64,000 nucleotides of DNA from NCBI GenBank assembly GCA_035544015.1, contig DATKIP010000010.1:6449-70448 (forward strand), in the 5' to 3' direction. Positions 57,935-64,000 of the stretch are shown piece after piece (position 1 is the stretch's first letter; every line of letters begins with the position of its first letter). The notes beneath the pieces were generated by a model that ran no database searches, was not told the DNA's origin, and saw nothing but the letters and a program-made list of their open reading frames with translations. Source of the stretch: Candidatus Saccharimonadia bacterium (GTDB lineage Bacteria; Patescibacteriota; Saccharimonadia; UBA4664). Both the position numbers and the translations under genes were made by a program.

Positions 57935-58381
57935 ATGCGCGCTCGTCCGCTCGCTCTGGCAGCCCTCGCCGCAGCCGCCCTCTTGGCGGGCTGCAGCAGC
58001 TCCGGATCGGCCCCCGCCACGGCCACTGCCGCAGGCGCCAACATCACGATCAACGTCAGTATCGACAAGGCCGGCAAGGCCACGGTCGACCCGCTGACCC
58101 TGAGTCTGGGCAACCCGCCGGAGCAGATCAACGTGCGGTTCACCAGCCACCACCAGCCCCCGAAGGGGCTGCTGAACTCCTGCCCCAACTACGACGTGGT
58201 TCGGGTCAACGCCGACAGCCCCGTGGCGCTCTTGCCGCAGGACGGGTGCCACACCTACGAGGCCATCGCTCTCACGCGTCCCACCGTGGGCACCAACGTG
58301 ATCTCCCTCAACGGAGACGTGGTCGGATCCTTCCAGGTGATGGTCGCGACGACGGCGCCGAAGCCAACCAAGACCCCCTAG
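57935..58381 (+). CDS. small lipoprotein (LAGC lipobox) with atypical codon usage; candidate acquired cassette
   Basis: MRARPLALAALAAAALLAGCSSS. ctg/ccg/gtg/aag-rich unlike native + strand genes. Own promoter and terminator. Confidence 0.55.
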   Translation: MRARPLALAALAAAALLAGCSSSGSAPATATAAGANITINVSIDKAGKATVDPLTLSLGNPPEQINVRFTSHHQPPKGLLNSCPNYDVVRVNADSPVALLPQDGCHTYEAIALTRPTVGTNVISLNGDVVGSFQVMVATTAPKPTKTP

Positions 58382-58459
58382 CCCGCCCGGGCTAGCGCCG
58401 CCGAGGCGACGATGGCCACCGAGCCAGCGTGTGGGCATCGTGCCCGCCTAGCCCGCCAT

Positions 58460-58497
58460 GTGGCCCCAAGCAACCTGCTTGGGGCCACGAAACTTTT
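58460..58497 (+). terminator. 13-bp perfect hairpin (gtggccccaagca acc tgcttggggccac) followed by TTTT
   Basis: Read directly, 79 nt after the lipoprotein stop. Confidence 0.6.
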
Positions 58498-58501
58498 ACC
58501 C

Positions 58502-59782
58502 CTACACCACCCCAAAACGCGACCGCAACTCGGCCACAATGCTCCCCAGCGGCAAAATTTCCTGCGCTCCCGACGCCATATCGCGCAAAATCACCGTTTC
58601 TTCCCGCACTTCTTTTTGACCAATAATAATTGCCAGCGGCACCCCAAGCTTGTCGGCCCGCGCCAGCTGCGATCCAATCCCGTCGCGATCCACCGCCCCC
58701 AGCGCCCCCACACCGCCGTCGAGCAGCTGCTCGATGAGCCGGAAAGCCGCCAGCCGCGCCGGCTCACCGAGCGACGCCACATACACGCGCTTGTCGGCGC
58801 CGGCCATCGGTGCCACACCGGCCTCCTCAAGCTCCATCAACATCCGCTCGGCGCCCAGGGCAAAACCCACCGCCGGCGTCGGCTGCCCACCGAGCAGTTC
58901 CACCAGCGCATCGTAGCGCCCGCCACCGCCCAAGGCCGACTGCGATCCCTCGCGCTCACCATAAAATTCAAACACCGTCCGTGTGTAATAATCCAAACCC
59001 CGCACCAGCAGCGGATTGAGCTCGTAAGCCACCCCTAGGTCGTCCAAATACTCCAAAACTCCCGAAAAATGCGTCTGGCAGGCCTCACACAGAAAATTCA
59101 AGGTCTGCGGCGCCTCGGCCAGTACCGCCCGGGTAGCAACCTCTTTCGAATCAAGCACCCGCAAGGGATTTTTGGCCACCCGCTCTCGGTCCACATCCGC
59201 CAGCTTCTTGGCGTTAGCCTCCAGGTATTCCACCAGCACCTGGCGATACTTGGGCCGGCACTCCGTGTCGCCGATGCTGTTGAGCTGCAGCGTCACATTG
59301 GCCAGCCGAATCCGGCGGAAGAACCGCTGGGCCAGCATAATTACTTGCGCGTCGGTGCTAGGCGACGCCTCACCGATCACTTCCACGTTCACCTGATTAA
59401 ATTGCCGCTGCCGCCCCGCCTGAGGCCGGTCATAGCGAAACAGCGGACCGTAGCTATAGAGTTTCACCGGCTGCGGCAGCGAGCTCATGCCGTGCTCAAT
59501 GTACGCCCGCACAATCCCAGCCGTAAATTCCGGCCGCAGCGCCACTTTGTGCTCAGAGCGATCCGCAAAGCCGTACAGCTCCTTCGCCACCGCATCCGTA
59601 TCGGTGCCTACGCCGCGTTCAAACAGCGCCTGGTCCTCAAGCAACGGCGTCTCGATGCGCCCGTAGCCGGCCGACTCGGCCACGGAGTGAAATGCCGCCA
59701 GCACATAATCATAGGCTGCCGTCTGCTCCGGCAGCAGATCGTACATCCCTCTTAAGCTCTGTAACTGTTGTTGCTTTGCCAT
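58502..59782 (-). CDS. hisS: histidyl-tRNA synthetase
   Basis: Class-II motifs: MRGMYDLLP, FRYDRPQAGRQRQFNQ, GGGRYD. Start MAKQQQL at 59780-59782. Confidence 0.9.
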   Translation of the reverse strand: MAKQQQLQSLRGMYDLLPEQTAAYDYVLAAFHSVAESAGYGRIETPLLEDQALFERGVGTDTDAVAKELYGFADRSEHKVALRPEFTAGIVRAYIEHGMSSLPQPVKLYSYGPLFRYDRPQAGRQRQFNQVNVEVIGEASPSTDAQVIMLAQRFFRRIRLANVTLQLNSIGDTECRPKYRQVLVEYLEANAKKLADVDRERVAKNPLRVLDSKEVATRAVLAEAPQTLNFLCEACQTHFSGVLEYLDDLGVAYELNPLLVRGLDYYTRTVFEFYGEREGSQSALGGGGRYDALVELLGGQPTPAVGFALGAERMLMELEEAGVAPMAGADKRVYVASLGEPARLAAFRLIEQLLDGGVGALGAVDRDGIGSQLARADKLGVPLAIIIGQKEVREETVILRDMASGAQEILPLGSIVAELRSRFGVV

Positions 59783-59838
59783 CTCAATACCTTGATCACC
59801 ACAGAGCGTACCACGGCGCCCCGGCACCCGCAAACCCG

Positions 59839-61998
59839 CTAAGTAATGCGGCGAACACGCTCCACCCCGCTCAACCGTCCCAACTCGCGTCGCAGCCTCG
59901 ATAGCACAAACAAATCCGGCACCTCCACGGTCAATTTCAGCACCTTCATACCCGTCGCCTCATCCTGATCCGACACCATTGACCCCCCGATGTTAAGCTT
60001 CTCGCGTGCCACCACCCCCGTGACGTCCGAAAACAGCCCAATCCGGTTCCCCGCCGTTATCTCAAGCTGCACTGATAGAACCTCTGTATCATCATCCGTC
60101 TCCCACCGGCAAGGGGTGTAGCGCTCCATATCCTGGGGCGTATTGCGGCAGCCCAACGCGTGCACCGTCACCCCCTTGCCCCGCGTCACGTATCCCAACA
60201 GCGGCTGCGGATACACCGGGCTGCAGCACAACGCCAAACTGTGCGGGAATTCCCCGCCCGCCACCAAAATCCGGCCGGTCGGCTCCTGGCGCTTCACCCC
60301 CAGCGCGTGCTTCGGTTTCGAGGGTTCCGGCACCAGCCGCCGCACGGCCTGCATCACGCCCAAACCACCCTCGCCAATCAACGCGTACAGATCTTCGGGG
60401 GTCCGCAAGTGCAGGCCATCAAGCGCATCGCTCATCACGCGCTTCGGCAAATCCTCAAGCCGCTTGATGCCCCAGGTCTGCAACTCCGCCTCAAGCACCG
60501 CCCGACCCGAAGCCACGTTGCCCTCGCGGCTCGTCGCGCGAAACCACGACCGAATCTTGGTCTTGGCATGACTCGTCACCACAATGTTTAGCCAATCTCG
60601 GCTAGGAGCCGGCTCACGCCGGGTAATAATCTCCACCACATCCCGGTTTTCCAGCAGCGTATCGAGCGGCACCAGCCGGCCGTTCACCCGCCCGCCCAGC
60701 GCCCGCAGGCCCAAGTTTGAATGCACGGCAAAGGCAAAATCCAACGGCGTCGCTCCCTCGGGCAAATCGTACAAATCACCCTTGGGCGAAAACACGAAAA
60801 TCCGGTCGGCAAATAGCTCCAACCGCGCGCCCTCCACAAAGTCCTGCCCACTATCCGACGCCCGATGCAGCTGCGCCAATTCACTCACCCAGCGCAGATT
60901 CGCCGGCAACGCCCGAGCCCCTCTCCGCTTAGCGTACTCAGCGGTACCTTTATGCGAATCGTAGTAAAAATGCGCTGCCAAGCCAAATTCTGCCGCTTCG
61001 TGCATTTCTTGCGTGCGAATCTGAATCTCCGATATCCGCCCCTCCTCGCCAAACACTGTCGTATGCAGACTCTGATATCCATTTGGCTTGGGTACCGCAA
61101 TGTAATCCTTGATGCGATAAATGAGCGGCTTGTAATGTTGGTGAATCACCCCCAGCGCCTGATAACACGCCGCCACATCAGGCACGATAATGCGCACCGC
61201 CACCAAATCGTAAATTTTATCAATGTCGCCGTCGGTTTTTATAAGCTTTTTATAAATACTAAAATAATGCTTTTGCCGAGCCTCAATCTTAATAACCTTC
61301 ACCCCAGCCGCCCGCAGCCGCCGCACGATAGCCCGCTGCAGTCCGGTCATATACTTCGCAGCGTCCTGGGTAATTTCTTCTACCTGCCGGCGCAAATTCG
61401 CGAATTCCTCCGGCCGCGCATTCTCAAATCCCAAATCCTCCAGCTCACACTTGAGCCGGCCCATTCCCAGCCGGTCCGCCAGCGGCGCAAAAATCTCGAG
61501 GCTCTCCCACGCAATCCGCGCTCGCTTCTCGTCTGGCAGCGCGCTCAGCGTGCGCATATTGTGCAAACGATCCGCCAGTTTAATGAGAATAACGCGGAAA
61601 TCCTTGGTGGTCGCCAGCAGCAATTTACGCAAATTTTCGCTTGTGTGCTCAAATCGCGCGCTAGCCGGCGACGGCCGCGGACTCGTCGAAAGCTTGAGCT
61701 TGGTCAGGCCATCCACCAGCTCACTCACCTTAGGGCCAAATTCCTTATTTACTTCCGCGGCCGTCACGGACGTATCTTCGATCACATCGTGCAGGAGTGC
61801 TGCCACGATCACCTCGCTATCAAGCCCCCATGCCGCCACAATCTCACCCACCGCAATCGGATGAATCACATACGGGTCTCCGGTGGCGCGCTTCTGATCA
61901 CCGTGAGCCGCGATCGCAAACTTGAGCGCACGCGCGATCAGGGCATTCTCGGCCGCCGTGAATCGCGAACTATCATATTGAATACTAAGTTTACTCAT
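59839..61998 (-). CDS. rel: bifunctional (p)ppGpp synthetase/hydrolase Rel/SpoT
   Basis: HD domain HPIAVGEIVAAWGLDSEVIVAALLHDVIEDT. Synthetase region YKPLIYRIKDYIAVPKPNGYQSLHTTV. TGS and ACT-like C-terminus. 719 aa. Confidence 0.9.
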   Translation of the reverse strand: MSKLSIQYDSSRFTAAENALIARALKFAIAAHGDQKRATGDPYVIHPIAVGEIVAAWGLDSEVIVAALLHDVIEDTSVTAAEVNKEFGPKVSELVDGLTKLKLSTSPRPSPASARFEHTSENLRKLLLATTKDFRVILIKLADRLHNMRTLSALPDEKRARIAWESLEIFAPLADRLGMGRLKCELEDLGFENARPEEFANLRRQVEEITQDAAKYMTGLQRAIVRRLRAAGVKVIKIEARQKHYFSIYKKLIKTDGDIDKIYDLVAVRIIVPDVAACYQALGVIHQHYKPLIYRIKDYIAVPKPNGYQSLHTTVFGEEGRISEIQIRTQEMHEAAEFGLAAHFYYDSHKGTAEYAKRRGARALPANLRWVSELAQLHRASDSGQDFVEGARLELFADRIFVFSPKGDLYDLPEGATPLDFAFAVHSNLGLRALGGRVNGRLVPLDTLLENRDVVEIITRREPAPSRDWLNIVVTSHAKTKIRSWFRATSREGNVASGRAVLEAELQTWGIKRLEDLPKRVMSDALDGLHLRTPEDLYALIGEGGLGVMQAVRRLVPEPSKPKHALGVKRQEPTGRILVAGGEFPHSLALCCSPVYPQPLLGYVTRGKGVTVHALGCRNTPQDMERYTPCRWETDDDTEVLSVQLEITAGNRIGLFSDVTGVVAREKLNIGGSMVSDQDEATGMKVLKLTVEVPDLFVLSRLRRELGRLSGVERVRRIT

Positions 61999-63652
61999 AG
62001 ACTATTTCCGATAATACCATCTGGATTGACCGCTTGCCTTGAAACTCATTATTGTTCAAAGTCCCCATCAAATTCACCCGCCCACCCTCGCGCAGCTCCG
62101 GATACCGTTCCACCAAGCCAAAACCAATCGCACCGAGCGACGCTCCTGCCGCATCCCCCACTCGCAAACTCAAATGCCGGCGGTCGGATCCCACCCGCTT
62201 CAACGACTGCAACCGCAGACCATCAATCCCCACCAATGGCCGGGGATTACTATTACCGTGCGGTTCGAGCAAATCCAGCCACTCCAGCAACTGGGCGTTT
62301 ACCCGGGCCAAATCACCCCAGCGCACTTCAGGCGTCAGCTCGTGTACCCCCGTCGGTTCACCAGCCATTGTGCGGTCGTAATACTCGCCCAACCCCCGTC
62401 GCAATGCCTCCAAATTACCGGCCGGCAACGTATACCCCGCCGCAAAAAAATGCCCGCCAAATTTACTCAACAGCGACTCCTGTGATCGCAGCGCCTCCAC
62501 CATATTAAATGCCGCCACACTGCGAGCCGAGCCCTTCACCGATTCACCCAGCACCTGCGCCAGCAGCACCGGCCGTTGCCACTTCTCGGCCAGCTTCGAA
62601 GCCACGATGCCCACCACCCCGTGCGACCAGTCCGAATGCGCCAACACCAACACCCGGTCGTCCGCGTGGTCCGCCGCCATCGCTTCGGCCTGCGCCAAAA
62701 TCGCCGCCTGATCCGACCGCCGGCGCTGATTGAGCGCCTCCAGCTCAGCGGCCAGCTCGACCGCCCGCGCCGGATCATCGGTCATCACGAGCTCCAAGCT
62801 CCCGGCCGCGTGCTCGAGCCGCCCAGCCGCGTTCATGCGCGGCCCCAAGCCAAATCCCACCTCGTGAGCCGTTATCCGCGCGATATCCACCCCGGCCACC
62901 TCGGCCAGCGCCCGCAGCCCCACGCGCCGCGTCCGCCGCAACACCCGCAGCCCAAAGCTCGCCAGCGCTCGGTTTTCGCCCACGAGCGGCACCACATCGC
63001 AGATCGTTCCCATCGCCACCAGATCAAGCAGCCACTTCTCTTGGCCTCGCTCCGGCTTACCCGCAGCCGCCTGCAGAGCCTGCACCAGCTTAAACGCCAC
63101 CCCCACGCCGGCCAAATCCTTGCACGGATACGGATCCCCCAGTCGCTTCGGGTTAATCACCGCCAGCGCCTCCGGCAGCACCGCCGGCACCGCGTGATGG
63201 TCGGTGATGATCAAATCCAGCCCATGCTCGCGCGCCCAAGCCGCCTCAGCCACGCTCGTGATCCCACAATCCACACTAATCACCAGCTGCGCACCCTCAA
63301 GCTGCAACCGCTCCAAAGCCGCCTGATTGATCCCATACCCCTCTTCAAATCGGTCAGGAATGTAGCTCGACACTTCCAGTCCCAACGCCGCCAACCCCTC
63401 CATCAGCACCGCGCTCGCCGTGATGCCGTCAATGTCGTAATCGCCGTACACCACCACCCGCTCAGCCCGAGCCGCAGCGGCCAAAATCCGCTCCACTGCC
63501 ACCCCCATGTCGAGCAACAGGTTCGGATCGTGCACATCCCGAGCGTAATCCGGATACAAAAAAACACCCATCTCCGCCGGCGTCATACCCCGAGCCGCCA
63601 GCAATTCGGCAATAAATTCAGGAATCGCTCCCTGGCGCATAACGCTATCCAT
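61991..63652 (-). CDS. recJ: single-stranded-DNA exonuclease RecJ
   Basis: DHH motifs VVYGDYDIDGITASAVL and IITDHH. 553 aa. 8-nt overlap with rel. Confidence 0.85.
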   Translation of the reverse strand: MDSVMRQGAIPEFIAELLAARGMTPAEMGVFLYPDYARDVHDPNLLLDMGVAVERILAAAARAERVVVYGDYDIDGITASAVLMEGLAALGLEVSSYIPDRFEEGYGINQAALERLQLEGAQLVISVDCGITSVAEAAWAREHGLDLIITDHHAVPAVLPEALAVINPKRLGDPYPCKDLAGVGVAFKLVQALQAAAGKPERGQEKWLLDLVAMGTICDVVPLVGENRALASFGLRVLRRTRRVGLRALAEVAGVDIARITAHEVGFGLGPRMNAAGRLEHAAGSLELVMTDDPARAVELAAELEALNQRRRSDQAAILAQAEAMAADHADDRVLVLAHSDWSHGVVGIVASKLAEKWQRPVLLAQVLGESVKGSARSVAAFNMVEALRSQESLLSKFGGHFFAAGYTLPAGNLEALRRGLGEYYDRTMAGEPTGVHELTPEVRWGDLARVNAQLLEWLDLLEPHGNSNPRPLVGIDGLRLQSLKRVGSDRRHLSLRVGDAAGASLGAIGFGLVERYPELREGGRVNLMGTLNNNEFQGKRSIQMVLSEIVYE

Positions 63653-63771
63653 TCACTCAGTATATCAGGCTGCCCCAGCCACACCGCTTCGACTCATATC
63701 GGTAATTTTTGACACTTTGTGTCATTTTTACCGACATGATGAGACAGAAATTGGATTTTCCAACCCCACAG

Positions 63772-64000
63772 CTAGGAAAGTTCCCGCGAAATATCAGCCT
63801 TTATCTGCAACAGGAGCGTTCTCGGAATGGAAAAATTCCTATCGTACGGAGCATAGTTTTTGCCCCAATTATCGTCACGGAACTCAACCCCACCAATCGT
63901 TTTAGCCGTCTCATAGCGAGGAATCACATGCCAATGACAACGCGGCCATGTATTGCGAAAATTTGCATAATTGAAAAGTGATGGCCCATAAAGCACATTC
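63772..64000 (-). CDS. C-terminal part of a HIT-like/GalT-like protein; gene probably continues beyond the window end; lower-GC region
   Basis: RCHWHVIPR histidine-triad-like motif. Local GC about 45% versus about 63% elsewhere. Confidence 0.35.
   Translation of the reverse strand, partial: NVLYGPSLFNYANFRNTWPRCHWHVIPRYETAKTIGGVEFRDDNWGKNYAPYDRNFSIPRTLLLQIKADISRELS

Noticed and set aside
1-64000. CRISPR arrays, tRNA or rRNA genes
   Set aside because: No regularly spaced direct repeats and no tRNA-like acceptor/T-arm sequences found in any intergenic region. All intergenic gaps are shorter than 300 bp.

Overview
The window is a high-GC (about 62-65%) bacterial chromosomal segment with strong strand compositional asymmetry: wobble positions are C-rich on the given + strand for genes in both orientations, and most genes are on the - strand. 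The backbone is housekeeping and cell-division genes: parB (fragment) and parA, rplU, ftsW/rodA family, ileS with a T-box leader, yggT, ftsZ, ftsA, map, adk, dgkA, yqeY, rpsU, hisS, rel, recJ. Two paralogous cell-surface modules dominate (about 1.9-13.4 kb and 14.0-34.8 kb). Each has a membrane-anchored beta-helix-repeat protein gene divergent from a long - strand operon. The operon encodes 3-4 WxL-like secreted proteins, DUF916/DUF3324-like (CscA-like) membrane-anchored proteins, a PKD-domain membrane protein and a giant anchorless fibrous protein of 1405 or about 2250 aa. Module B adds a 1528-aa multi-Kelch-propeller protein. This resembles Firmicutes Csc/WxL clusters but is fused to giant adhesin-like proteins, and I could not assign it to a described system. 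A sharply AT-rich island (about 41.1-45.4 kb, roughly 37% GC) carries a SIR2-HerA anti-phage pair plus a convergent AlbA_2/Schlafen-like gene. It is inserted against the ileS T-box leader. Three small + strand ORFs (35480-36244, 37583-37918, 57935-58381) have codon usage foreign to the rest of the window, near-consensus sigma70 promoters and GC-rich U-less terminator hairpins, and look like horizontally acquired cassettes. No tRNA, rRNA or CRISPR was seen. Many long + strand ORFs in the track are Arg/His/Pro-rich antisense artefacts of the high-GC - strand genes.
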